Below, piece by piece: positions 39,101 through 47,950 of a DNA stretch of 64,000 nucleotides. Source of the stretch: an uncultured Planctomycetota bacterium. GTDB lineage: Bacteria; Planctomycetota; Brocadiia; JAADGH01; CAYPFP01. The first letter of the stretch is position 1; the number at the start of each line of letters is the position of its first letter. The notes beneath the pieces are model-generated. The model was not told where the DNA came from. It searched no databases and saw only the letters and a list, made by a program, of their open reading frames with translations. Location: assembly GCA_964409935.1 (NCBI GenBank), contig CAYPFP010000001.1:30331-94330 (forward strand), given 5' to 3'. The position numbers were made by a program, and so were the translations under genes.

Positions 39101-39328
39101 GAGTTCCATCCGGAGCCGGGGCGGGGCGGCCCCGAGATACCCGTCGTGAGCCAGTTTGTGGGGGGGATGTTCGGCGCGGCCGTCACGATCTCCGTCACCG
39201 GCACGGTGTGGAATCCCGTGATCAAGGTGGACCCCCTCGTCCCCATCGGGAAGATGATGCTGGGTCTGTCGGAGGCCTTCGGGGCTGTCGGGAAGAAACC
39301 GAAGAAGGCCGCCCGGCCGTCCCCTTAG
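36194..39328 (+). CDS. AsmA/TamB-like large envelope protein (about 1045 aa)
   Basis: gggagg RBS 7 nt before ATG 36194; TM LPLLFILTAGLGGPYLAL; AsmA-like N-domain RVERVKIGVFHGVELRGVSVSKSDAKGLAPFLQVKSLWLKNYLKPLLRGRFVIEEVDIDQPTVFLTRNADGRWN. Confidence 0.7.
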   Translation: MKRLLVRKRVWLPLLFILTAGLGGPYLALRLFVNPEEIKATVERMLSEQFGGRARVERVKIGVFHGVELRGVSVSKSDAKGLAPFLQVKSLWLKNYLKPLLRGRFVIEEVDIDQPTVFLTRNADGRWNIQQTTGEPSGGGGMAASGPSALASLSVHDATIEIRDQYAGQNFPSMRILGVNFSAISREPGNLPFTITGRIASSILGQCLVSGSLDLDNGVFNLSLSRKGLVLDDELAKNLRTFRPDLFRVLGGWRGLMDLRFNLTYDLIGSGGVKYRLMAKLLGDSLTVKGLPYSFQSIYGAVTLTDEKLVVQNVRGRWGSTRFVVDGALPLANPAGRPGITVSLLNVPLDPRLAALAGKEVSEAWKEFKPTGQFDVLCRLDGCLYAIRDLRYRASIFLKECGFSHQRLDVPIERINGQIDVTRERLHVRRMTALWRGIQIEMPPASTQLSADAPVDFVLRLASLPLDEKLKALLPPDHRASWDQFSPKGVVNAAIHVRRKAGAASPFEATVALTCVKDCEFTYKQFPRTLRNVQGVVEFRSDGVAFRGVKGSVGAGKVEFVDTVIPFDPCASFNFEFTAADIEFDRELYDALSPELKAVYDRINPSGRFDLEWHQERRRGPNARTIHDVVVRPRGAAVLIKDVPYPLNNLQGTILYDGERISLDKLTAQNGPARVAVEGRVPRSSSSGTLHVRVAGRNIPLDDSVQNVLPEGYQGLWGKIEPQGAIHFSLELNEGIDELGKPLVRYTVPELRLLNCAVRPKVPVTGIRGLVKFTGEIREDPRNSWASGEVVLDEAVIEGKKYDSVNATFHNERDLMTFPYIEARCYGGKVVGELKVNKGASVDSSGYEAFFRAENVSARQICESAGVALKSVDGAIFADFRAEARSWKAEDLNADGSFRISQGHLGDLVSMMGVTEKLNTGPAKPAFTDVDFDYIIAENEAVIEKARLIGPSINLKGEGKIGLDGNLSLEFHPEPGRGGPEIPVVSQFVGGMFGAAVTISVTGTVWNPVIKVDPLVPIGKMMLGLSEAFGAVGKKPKKAARPSP

Positions 39329-39356
39329 GCTGAAGGGCGGACCGCGCGATCCTGCG

Positions 39357-40196
39357 TCATCGCGTTTGGCTGGCCGCCGCAGATACGGTCCCCAGCTTGG
39401 CGCTGATCTTCTGTGCCCCCTTCAGGTTGGGTTTGAGCGAGAAGGCCTGCTCCAGCTCACGGCGGGCGGTCGCGTAGTCGCCCAGGCGGTAGTGGCACTC
39501 GGCCATCTTCTTGTGGAGGAAGGCGTCCTCAGTCTTGCCCAGCGCCATCTCCAGCAGTCGCCGATAGTAGTCCAGCGCCACGTGGGGCGGCGCCGCGCGC
39601 GCCAGGTCCCGGCAGTAGATGTTCCGGATCCGGTCGCGCACCTCGTCGAAGAAGTAGCGGCGCCTCGGCTCCGCGTGCTCCTCTCTGTACAGCTCCGCGT
39701 ACAACTCAAGGGCCTTTTCGAACTGCCCCTGCCGTTCGTACTCCTCGCCCAGCAGGAAAAGGCAGTCCAGGTAATCCCTGACCGACAGGTACGTCAGGAG
39801 GGAGAAGTCCTCCCGGTCCCGGCAGAGCGCTTCGTAGGCCGCCACGGCAGCCCCGCCGTTGCCCGCCATGAGATCCAGCAGGACCATCATCGCCTGGTCG
39901 TAAAGCGTGATCGGCCGCGGCCGTGCGCGCCGGGGATGTTTGCCGTCGTCGTGCGGCGACAGCCGTACGCGGGTCTGGTCATACGCCCATCGCTTCTGCG
40001 AGTCGCTCAGGGTCCGGTAAGCCTCAAGGAGCAGCCTCACCTGCCGTCCGGCCCATACCTCGCGGTGCCGGTTCTGGTCGGGATGGCATTCCTTCACCAG
40101 ACGCCGGAAGCGCCTCTTGATCTCCTCCGGCGAGGCTGTGGCATGAACCCCCAGAATCTCATAGTAGCTTTGGTTGCTGACAAAAGTCGCGGACAC
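39357..40196 (-). CDS. J-domain (DnaJ-like) protein with TPR-like C-terminal region
   Basis: YYEILGVHATASPEEIKRRFRRLVKECHPDQN J-domain with HPD tripeptide. Confidence 0.8.
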   Translation of the reverse strand: MSATFVSNQSYYEILGVHATASPEEIKRRFRRLVKECHPDQNRHREVWAGRQVRLLLEAYRTLSDSQKRWAYDQTRVRLSPHDDGKHPRRARPRPITLYDQAMMVLLDLMAGNGGAAVAAYEALCRDREDFSLLTYLSVRDYLDCLFLLGEEYERQGQFEKALELYAELYREEHAEPRRRYFFDEVRDRIRNIYCRDLARAAPPHVALDYYRRLLEMALGKTEDAFLHKKMAECHYRLGDYATARRELEQAFSLKPNLKGAQKISAKLGTVSAAASQTR

Positions 40197-40282
40197 GCGA
40201 ATACACCGTTTGGGACGAACCCATCTGCTCCAGGATCAAGACCTGACTGAGGGGAGGAAATACTGTTCTTATTATACCCGAT

Positions 40283-40341
40283 ACGGGCACGGAACTCCGC
40301 GAGATTCATCCCGTGCCCGTGAACCGGGAAGAGGTTCCCGG
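40283..40341 (-). terminator. hairpins immediately downstream of pckG stop
   Basis: ccgggaa-gagg-ttcccgg (40324-40341), 7-bp stem 1 nt after the TGA; second 9-bp stem cgggcacgg...ccgtgcccg (40283-40317); no strong U-tract. Confidence 0.35.
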
Positions 40342-40342
40342 A

Positions 40343-42235
40343 TCATTCCACCGGGAACTTTTCCGGCGAGACATTATCTCCGAACTTGCCCTGCGTCTCC
40401 ACGAGCCGCTGTCGTTGCTCGTGCAGAACCTTGTAGACGGCCGCCGGCGCGTCGCTGACCTGGGTCCGATAGAAGTGCTCCACGCGGTCCATCTTCTTGA
40501 TATTCTCCTTGACCCGGGTTTCGAACTGCGTCAGGTAATCTTCCTTCGAGTACGCTTTCTCGTGTACTTCCCGGAACAGCCTCTGCAAGTCCTCGTACAT
40601 CGGGATCCATCCGGTGGGGGTGCGCCGCACTTTGACGTCGCCGTGCACGCGCAGCTCCATCCACTTCACCCACACCGCCTTGTCGCGGACCTCGTTGACC
40701 CATGTGCCGTCCTTTCCGCGCAGGAAGTAGTTCACGCCGAAGATCAGCGGGGGACGCCTGAGGCCTTTGGCAAAATCCAGGTTGTTCTGGACGTACTTGC
40801 CCAGGGGAATGGCCACGAAGTCCTGGATGCTCATGAGGTTCAGCTCGGGTCTGCCCTCTTCACCCAGGATCGCGTAGGTTGTCTCCGTCTCCAGCGAGGC
40901 GCCATAGGCCACGATGCCGTGTTCCCAACTGAAGCTCTGCTGCACGGGGACGTAGGTGCGGGTGTCGCGCCCGCCGTACATGAGCCCGCCCACGGCTACG
41001 CCGTTCGGGTTGTCGAGTTCGGGGTCCACGTTCTCGAGTCGCGGCAGGGCCACGGTGTATCTGGCGTTCTTGTGGGCCAGGGGGATGGCATTGCCCTGCT
41101 TGTCCTTTTTCCCCTCGGTCCAGGGACCCGAGAAGTTCACGCCGTCTTTGGGCGTATCCATATTCATGCCGAGCCAGTAGGGCTTGCCGTCCTTCACCAG
41201 AACGTTGGAGAAGATGATCTCTCCCGGAGAGGTCAGCACCTTGTAAAGCGAAGGCTCGGCCTTCGGGTTGATGTCCTGGATGATGCCGAAGATGCCGCGC
41301 TCGGCGTTGACGGCGCGGGCTTCGTCGCCGAACTTCCGGAAATAGGCGATGTCGTCGCCGAGGATGGTTTCGCCCTTGAGCATGGCGGTTGAGGTCTTGC
41401 CGCACGCGCTTGGGAACGCGCCGCCGAAGTAGGTCTTGCGGCCCTTGGGGCCTGTGACGCCGATCAGGAACATGTGTTCGGCCAGCCAGCCCTCGCGGTC
41501 GGCCTTCCGGATCGTGAGGCGAAGCGCCAGCTTCTTGAGGCCCACGGTGTTTCCGGCATACTGGGTGTTCACGCTGTAGATTCTGTCGTAAGTATAGTCT
41601 ATGTAGATGCGCTTGTTGTCCGAGTCAATGCTGACCATGTTCTCGTCCATCTTGCCTGCCGAGTGGACGAAGCCGAAGAAGTCCGCGCGGTCTTTCAGTT
41701 TCTTGAACTGCTCGTAGGCCGGACGATACAAGAGGTCTTCGCTGTGCGCAACGTAGAAGGAGTCCGTGCACTGCACACACGGAATGCTGAAGACGGAATC
41801 CGTCGGTCCCAGCGAGAGGAAGCGGACGATCATGATCCGCCCCTTCATGGCGTCTTTGAGAAGACCGCGGATCTCGCTCAGCCCCTCCTCGCGCTCGATC
41901 TGGTTGAGGGCCTTGCCGAGCTTGTCGGTCTTGGGCACCAGGTACTTGGTCACTTCCCGGTCGCGGCCCTGGTCGTTCATTCCGTCGAAGTGATAGGTGT
42001 GTCCCTCGGTCTGAAGGGGGCGTTCTTCGCGCTTTGCCGCGGCCTGCTCCCGCATGTGGCGGATGTCTTCCGGGGCGTCGGTGCAGATGATGATCGAGTC
42101 GGGCGCGCACAGTTCCACCGTCTCGGCCAGGAATTTGTTTATGTGGGGATTGGCCAGGGCCGTCAGGTTCCGGAGATTCTTCTCGTCGAGTTTCTTGCGA
42201 AGCAAGTCCATATGCGCGTCCATCATAGTCACCAT
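40343..42235 (-). CDS. pckG: phosphoenolpyruvate carboxykinase (GTP)
   Basis: FPSACGKTS kinase-1a motif of GTP-PEPCK plus many conserved blocks; alternative start MMDAHMDLL at about 42226, 10 nt after an aggagg RBS. Confidence 0.95.
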   Translation of the reverse strand: MVTMMDAHMDLLRKKLDEKNLRNLTALANPHINKFLAETVELCAPDSIIICTDAPEDIRHMREQAAAKREERPLQTEGHTYHFDGMNDQGRDREVTKYLVPKTDKLGKALNQIEREEGLSEIRGLLKDAMKGRIMIVRFLSLGPTDSVFSIPCVQCTDSFYVAHSEDLLYRPAYEQFKKLKDRADFFGFVHSAGKMDENMVSIDSDNKRIYIDYTYDRIYSVNTQYAGNTVGLKKLALRLTIRKADREGWLAEHMFLIGVTGPKGRKTYFGGAFPSACGKTSTAMLKGETILGDDIAYFRKFGDEARAVNAERGIFGIIQDINPKAEPSLYKVLTSPGEIIFSNVLVKDGKPYWLGMNMDTPKDGVNFSGPWTEGKKDKQGNAIPLAHKNARYTVALPRLENVDPELDNPNGVAVGGLMYGGRDTRTYVPVQQSFSWEHGIVAYGASLETETTYAILGEEGRPELNLMSIQDFVAIPLGKYVQNNLDFAKGLRRPPLIFGVNYFLRGKDGTWVNEVRDKAVWVKWMELRVHGDVKVRRTPTGWIPMYEDLQRLFREVHEKAYSKEDYLTQFETRVKENIKKMDRVEHFYRTQVSDAPAAVYKVLHEQRQRLVETQGKFGDNVSPEKFPVE

Positions 42236-42310
42236 TCCTCCTAGCTTTGGCTGTTCTGCCGTGCCTCTACGTCACAATCGGGCGGGTCCTGTCGCGGCCC
42301 GGCCCGCAAT

Positions 42311-42326
42311 ACACCCGTACGGGTGT
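42311..42326. promoter_or_regulatory. perfect 16-bp palindrome ACACCCGTACGGGTGT in the divergent pckG/URO-D intergenic region
   Basis: Read directly from sequence; the sequence is its own reverse complement. Confidence 0.3.
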
Positions 42327-42469
42327 AGTCCCTCATTGTACTACTGTTATGTTTTTTGTCAAGCATTCGCTGCACAAATTCTTCTCGGCCTGCCTGCTGC
42401 TTGATTTTCCGCCGTCAAGGCCGTAAGCTTTATGCTCGTAACCCATCGGGCGGAAAGGAGACGCGCACC

Positions 42470-43552
42470 ATGCTGCTGGCCGAACCGGTTCAACCCGACT
42501 TCGAGGCCTTTCGCAATAACATTCTGCGCAAGGGCGCTCCGCGCCGGGTCCACTTCGCCGAACTGTTTCTCGACGGCGAGGTCCGCAACGCCATCGCCGG
42601 TCGCTACGGCATCGGCGCCGGACTGGACAAGGGCGATCCGTTTTACGCCCTCCGGCTGGAGATCGAGATGCAGACCTTCCTCGGCTACGACACCGTGCGC
42701 GGCGCGGTCGGCTCGAGCGGCTTTCCTCGTCCGACGGCGCCCGCGCCGGATACGACCGAGATCGGCGGCCAGCGCCGCGCCCAGCGGAACTGGACGGACG
42801 AGCACAAAGGCCCGGTCGCTTCATGGGAGGACTATGAGAAGTATCCCTGGCCCGACCCCGCCAAGTTCGACTGCCGCCAGCTCGAGTGGTATGAAAAGAA
42901 TCTGGACCCGCGCTTGGGCGTTGTCGTGGGCTGCCACCAGATATTCGAGCAGGTCACGTGGCTCATGGGGTACGAAACCCTCTGCTACCAGCTTCACGAC
43001 GCCCCCGCCCTCGTGGACGCCATGTTCGAGCGCATCGGGAAATTTTTCGTCGAGGTGGCCGAGACCGCCTGCCAATTCTCCTGCGTCAAGGCCCTCTTCG
43101 GCGGCGACGACATGGGTTACAAGACCGCGCTCATGGTCCCGCCCGATGTGCTCATCCGGAAGTCCTTTCCCTGGCATCGCCGTATCTCCGAGATTGCCCA
43201 TAACCGCGGCAAGCTCAACATTCTTCACTCCTGCGGCAACCTGGACGCCGTCATGGACCCCCTCATTGACTACTGTCAGTTCGACGGGAAACATTCCTTC
43301 GAAGACGTGATCGAGCCGGTCACCGAGGCGAAGGGGAAATGGGGCGGCCGCATCGCGTTGTTGGGCGGCATTGACGTGGACTTTCTGGCCCGCGCAAACG
43401 ATCAGGAGATCCGGCAGCGCGTCCGGCGGACGCTTGACGTGTGCCTGCCCGGCGGCGGCTACTGTCTCGGCTCCGGCAATTCCGTGGCCAACTACATCCC
43501 CGTCGAAAACTACCTGATCATGCTCGACGAGGGCCGCTGCTATTCCGCCTGA
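42470..43552 (+). CDS. uroporphyrinogen-decarboxylase (URO-D) family protein, paralog 1
   Basis: ATG 42470 after an aaaggaga RBS; 360 aa; URO-D/MtaA-like TIM-barrel blocks; C-terminal GGGYCLGSGNSVANYIPVENY shared with paralog 3. Confidence 0.8.
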   Translation: MLLAEPVQPDFEAFRNNILRKGAPRRVHFAELFLDGEVRNAIAGRYGIGAGLDKGDPFYALRLEIEMQTFLGYDTVRGAVGSSGFPRPTAPAPDTTEIGGQRRAQRNWTDEHKGPVASWEDYEKYPWPDPAKFDCRQLEWYEKNLDPRLGVVVGCHQIFEQVTWLMGYETLCYQLHDAPALVDAMFERIGKFFVEVAETACQFSCVKALFGGDDMGYKTALMVPPDVLIRKSFPWHRRISEIAHNRGKLNILHSCGNLDAVMDPLIDYCQFDGKHSFEDVIEPVTEAKGKWGGRIALLGGIDVDFLARANDQEIRQRVRRTLDVCLPGGGYCLGSGNSVANYIPVENYLIMLDEGRCYSA

Positions 43553-43578
43553 CAGCCGGATTTTCAGAGGAGCCGACA

Positions 43579-43812
43579 ATGCCCGACAAACCGACCGTTC
43601 ACGATCTCTTCAAGGACGATGCGCCCGAAAGCGCGGAGATGCCGTTGTGCCCCAAGTGCGGCGGCAAGAGCTACGACCGCAAGCGCGCCCGCATCGGTTA
43701 CGACGTCTTGTTTATTTATTGCACCGGATGCAAGACCGCCGTCGGCGTGGTTCCCGCCATGGGCCCGCAGACGATGATCGAGCATCTTCGCAGGGAGATC
43801 AAGAAGACCTGA
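43579..43812 (+). CDS. small zinc-ribbon protein (77 aa)
   Basis: agagga RBS then ATG 43579; CPKCGG...CTGCKT two CxxC pairs. Confidence 0.5.
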   Translation: MPDKPTVHDLFKDDAPESAEMPLCPKCGGKSYDRKRARIGYDVLFIYCTGCKTAVGVVPAMGPQTMIEHLRREIKKT

Positions 43813-43851
43813 GTGGCGTTGGAAGGCGGCTTCTTCACGGAGAGAAGAGCA

Positions 43852-46242
43852 ATGTTCAGAGCGGTCTGTATTGTCTTTCTGCTGGTTCTGGCTTGTGGTC
43901 CGGCTTTAGGAGCCGATGCCATGTCCTTCCCCAAGATTCGTCCCGCCGGCGGCTGCTATCCCCGCCCCTTCGCCGACCAGGTGCTCGACGTTTCGCCTCC
44001 CGGCTTCTGCTGGTGGCACGCCGGCCGGCGCGGCAAGGTGCGCTATCGCCTCAAGATCGCGGATGCGGCAGGCACTGCGGCCTATGAATCGCCCGTGATC
44101 GAAGACCCCGCGCATGTCCCGACGAAGGTCTTGCCGGCCGGGCGTTACACGTGGACCGTCGAGGCCCTCGACGCCGCAGGAAAGGTCCACGACATACGCC
44201 CGCCCGAAGCGTTCGCCATCGCCGAAAACGCCGTGGCGCAGCCGTGGGTCCCCGCGGAGGAACTGCTGGCCCGGGTTCCGAAGGACCATCCGCGCCTGCT
44301 CTTCCCGAAGGCTTCACTCGCGGAGGTACGCTCAACGCTGACGAGCACCCGCAAAAAGGCGTTTGACGGCCTGGCGGGGTCCGCGAAGTCCCTTCTCAAG
44401 CTCACACCGCCTCCGGAGCCGGACTACGACAAGATCAAGGACCCCTCCGAACGGCGCCTCGCCTACGGCGAGTCGTTTGCGCTCATGCGCAAGTACCACG
44501 ACGGCGGCATGATGCCCCTGGCGCTGATGTACATGCTCACCGGCGAGCGGAAATACGGCGACGCCGCCAAAGCGATCCTTCTCGGCGCGACCCAATGGAA
44601 CCCCGAAGGAATCTCTTCCGTCATGGCCCCCTATGGCGACGAGGTCGGGCTTGGTCTGGCGCGGTCGGCCGCGCAGACCTACGACTGGCTGCACGACCTG
44701 CTCACCGACGACGAGCGCGCCCAGGTAAAGAAAATGCTCATCGCCCGCGCCGACCAGGTGCTGCGCCGCCTCGTGAAGCACGACTTTCTTGCCCGGCCGG
44801 AGAACAGCCATGAGGGTCGCCTTCCCGGCTACCTCATCGAGCACGCCATCGCTCTCGCCGAAGAGCCGCGCGCGCGGGTCTGGATGGATTACGCCATGAG
44901 GACGGTCCTCACCGTTTTCCCGCACTGGGCCGGCCAGGACGGAGGGTGGGCCGAAGGCGTGCCGTACGGACTGGCGTACAACAACATCTACCTGACGCCC
45001 TTCGAGTCGCTGCGCGCCGCCGCCGGCTTTGACATGTGGCAGCGCCCCTTCTACCGCAAAGTCCGCTACTTCTTCCTCTACAACATCTCGCCGCGCGGAG
45101 AACTCATGCCCTTCGGCGACACCGAAGAGGCCGAGGTTGCTCCGAGGGCATCCGGCATCTGCTCCCTGCTGAAGTTCCATGCCCTCCGTTACAACGACCC
45201 CGTCGTTCGCTGGTGGATTGACCTTTTCACCAGACCCGGCGAAAAGCCGAAGGCCATTACCGGCCTGCCGGCCCTCATCCTGCCCGACACGGTTCAGCCC
45301 AAGCGGCCCGCAAGCCTGGCTCAAGACGCCGTCTTTTACGACGTGGGCTGGGTCGCCCTGCACAGCGACATCGCCGATCCGGACAAGGACCTGATGGTCA
45401 TGTTCAAATCCTCCCCGTACGGAGCGGTCAGCCACAGCCACGCCGATCAGAACAGTTTCGTCGTCATGAAGGGAGGCAAGGCCCTGGCCATCCCCGCCGG
45501 CGCGCGCTGGCCGACGCATGGATCGCCATTCCATGTAAAGTATGTGCAGCAAACCCTCGCCCATAATGCCATACTCGTCAACGGCAAGGGCCAGATCAAC
45601 CGCGACGGAAACGCCGACGGGCGGATCGTCGGCTTTGAGACCAAACCGCATCTGGGCTACGCCTGCGGCGATGCCGTCGGCGCGTATGGCGGCCTGCTGA
45701 AGCGCTGTCGGCGGCACGTGCTCCTGGTTCGGCCTTCGCTTGTGGTGGTTGTGGACGACCTCGAAGCCCCGGAACCGGCGGAGTTCCAATGGCTTTTCCA
45801 CGCCAAAGACAAGCTCGAACTCGACGAGTCCGCTCAGACGTTCGTCTCGCGTCGCGGCGGGGCTTCCATGAAGGTGAGGCTTATTACGTCCGGCGGCTTC
45901 GCCTTTGCGCAGGACGACGCCTGGCCCGTCAACCCGAAAGAGGGTTTTCCCGGCGCAAAGAAAAAGGAGCCTGAGAAGCAGTGGCACTTCACCGCCGCCG
46001 CGCGGGAGCGCGCCGTCCGGCGCCGCATCGCGGCGGTGATGTTTGTGGCGGGGGCCGAAGGCGCCTTCAACGGCAGGGTGATCGCCCCATCGCCGGACAA
46101 GGTGGAGGTCGCGGCCACGATGCCGGACGGCGAGGCCGTTGTGCGCATCAGCCTCACCGTCGAGCAGGCGGACGCATCGCCCATCATGGAGGCGCAGTAC
46201 AAACCGACGGAGGGCGAGGTCCAATGGCTTTCTGTGAAATGA
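43852..46242 (+). CDS. secreted heparinase II/III-like (alginate-lyase-like) polysaccharide lyase family protein
   Basis: Signal peptide MFRAVCIVFLLVLACGPALGADA; (alpha/alpha)-toroid N-domain; HSHADQNSFVVMKGG motif typical of the heparinase II/III C-domain. Confidence 0.75.
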   Translation: MFRAVCIVFLLVLACGPALGADAMSFPKIRPAGGCYPRPFADQVLDVSPPGFCWWHAGRRGKVRYRLKIADAAGTAAYESPVIEDPAHVPTKVLPAGRYTWTVEALDAAGKVHDIRPPEAFAIAENAVAQPWVPAEELLARVPKDHPRLLFPKASLAEVRSTLTSTRKKAFDGLAGSAKSLLKLTPPPEPDYDKIKDPSERRLAYGESFALMRKYHDGGMMPLALMYMLTGERKYGDAAKAILLGATQWNPEGISSVMAPYGDEVGLGLARSAAQTYDWLHDLLTDDERAQVKKMLIARADQVLRRLVKHDFLARPENSHEGRLPGYLIEHAIALAEEPRARVWMDYAMRTVLTVFPHWAGQDGGWAEGVPYGLAYNNIYLTPFESLRAAAGFDMWQRPFYRKVRYFFLYNISPRGELMPFGDTEEAEVAPRASGICSLLKFHALRYNDPVVRWWIDLFTRPGEKPKAITGLPALILPDTVQPKRPASLAQDAVFYDVGWVALHSDIADPDKDLMVMFKSSPYGAVSHSHADQNSFVVMKGGKALAIPAGARWPTHGSPFHVKYVQQTLAHNAILVNGKGQINRDGNADGRIVGFETKPHLGYACGDAVGAYGGLLKRCRRHVLLVRPSLVVVVDDLEAPEPAEFQWLFHAKDKLELDESAQTFVSRRGGASMKVRLITSGGFAFAQDDAWPVNPKEGFPGAKKKEPEKQWHFTAAARERAVRRRIAAVMFVAGAEGAFNGRVIAPSPDKVEVAATMPDGEAVVRISLTVEQADASPIMEAQYKPTEGEVQWLSVK

Positions 46243-46661
46243 AGTTCGACATTGTGAAATGGTCGGCCCGCGTCCTGGCCCTGCTATGGGCGGGTTGGTG
46301 GATGTTCTTCGGCCTGGCGTGCGGCGCTTCGCACAAGTGGGGCCTGTTCGCCTGTCTGCTTCACGGCGCCGTGCCCGGCGGGATTTACCTGGTCAGCGCG
46401 CTGGTTCCGTGGAGGTGGCCCCTTGCCGGCGGAGTGTTGCTTGTCGTTGAAGGGTCGGCCATTCTGATCGGGTATCCCGTGCTGGTCCATGGACGTTTCA
46501 GGCTCTCGACAATCCTCTTTGTGGCGGCTACAATGGCCGCGCCGCCGCTGATTTCGGGCGCGTTGTTCATCTTCCATGGCAGGAGGTCGAGGTCCCATGA
46601 CCAGTCGAGAGCGGGTGCTGGCCGCGTTGAACCACCAGGAGCCGGACCGGGTCCCCATTGA
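46239..46661 (+). CDS. small 4-TM membrane protein
   Basis: ATG overlaps the upstream stop (ATGA); four hydrophobic segments; 3' end overlaps the next gene by about 65 nt, so the true end is uncertain. Confidence 0.4.
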   Translation: MKFDIVKWSARVLALLWAGWWMFFGLACGASHKWGLFACLLHGAVPGGIYLVSALVPWRWPLAGGVLLVVEGSAILIGYPVLVHGRFRLSTILFVAATMAAPPLISGALFIFHGRRSRSHDQSRAGAGRVEPPGAGPGPH

Positions 46662-47847
46662 CCTGGGCGGGAGCTTCGTGACCAGCATTGCCGCGCAGTC
46701 CCTGGACAGGCTGCGCCGCCGCCTGGGCCTTGAGCACCGGCCGGTCAAGGTCTACGACGTGATGCAGATGCTCGGCGAGGTGGAGCTTGACCTTGCGGAG
46801 CGGTTCCAGGTGGACGTCCTTCCCGTCGAGCCGCCCGCGCTCACGCTCGGCGTGCCGCGCGGCGACTGGAAGCCGTGGCGTCTGTTCGACGGCACGGAGG
46901 TGCTGATGCCGGGCCGCTTCAACGTGGCCGTCGGGCCCGAAGGCGACTGGCTGCTGCGCCACCCCGCCAACCCCGACGCCCCGCCCATCGCCCGGATGCC
47001 CAAGGACGGATTCTACTTCGACGCCATCAACTACGGCGGCTGGAACCCCGACTTCAAGCCGCCCCGTCTGGAGCAGGTGCGCGCCGGCATGAAGAGCTGG
47101 CTGCTCAAGGACGAGACGCTTCGCCACATGCAGGCCCTGGCGCGCACGTTGCGCGGCAGTTCCGACAGGGCGCTGCTCCTCGGGTCCTGGGGCGCGACGG
47201 GCATGCACTACGTGGGAACGCTCACGGAATTCTGGTGTCTCTTGGGCACGGACCCCGCCTATGTGCGGGACCTTTTCATGCTCTCGGCCGAGGCCGCCAT
47301 CCAGAACCTCGGCATGATGTGGCAGGCCATCGGCAAGGACGTGGACATCATCGCCGTCACGGGCCTCGACTACGGCACGCAGCGGCGCGAGTGGTTCTCG
47401 CCGGAGACGTTCCGCGAGGTCTACGTCCCTGCGCTGCGGGCGCAGTTCAACTGGATTCACGAACACACTCCGTGGAAGACCTTCGAGCACTCCTGCGGCA
47501 GCATCCCGAACCTTATCGGCGACCTGGCCGACGCCGGCCTCGACGCCCTGAACCCCGTGCAGACGTCCGCCGAAGGCATGGACCCGCGCTGGCTGAAGAA
47601 GACATTCGGCGAGCGGATTACGTTCTGGGGCGGCGTCGTCGAGACGCAGTCCACGCTCGCCTTCGGCACGCCCGACGAGGTGCGCGCCGAGGTCGCCGAG
47701 CGCATCGGCATCTTTGCGCCGGGCGGAGGCTTCGTCTTCTGTCCCATCCACAACATACAGGCGGACACGCCCGCCGACAACATCGCCGCGGCGTATGAAA
47801 CGGCCCTGGCGGTCGGCCGGTATCCCATCTCCCGGAAGGGCGCATGA
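46597..47847 (+). CDS. URO-D family protein, paralog 2
   Basis: aggaggt RBS 10 nt before ATG 46597; MTSRERVLAALNHQEPDRVPIDLGGSFV...; 416 aa. Confidence 0.8.
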   Translation: MTSRERVLAALNHQEPDRVPIDLGGSFVTSIAAQSLDRLRRRLGLEHRPVKVYDVMQMLGEVELDLAERFQVDVLPVEPPALTLGVPRGDWKPWRLFDGTEVLMPGRFNVAVGPEGDWLLRHPANPDAPPIARMPKDGFYFDAINYGGWNPDFKPPRLEQVRAGMKSWLLKDETLRHMQALARTLRGSSDRALLLGSWGATGMHYVGTLTEFWCLLGTDPAYVRDLFMLSAEAAIQNLGMMWQAIGKDVDIIAVTGLDYGTQRREWFSPETFREVYVPALRAQFNWIHEHTPWKTFEHSCGSIPNLIGDLADAGLDALNPVQTSAEGMDPRWLKKTFGERITFWGGVVETQSTLAFGTPDEVRAEVAERIGIFAPGGGFVFCPIHNIQADTPADNIAAAYETALAVGRYPISRKGA

Positions 47848-47950
47848 AGATTGCGGCGAACGCCCAGAGCCTGAGTCTCGAACCGTCCCCGGCGGCGGCA
47901 GACATTGCGTTTAAGATTCGATGTTAGAACAGGAAAAGGAGCGTGAACCC

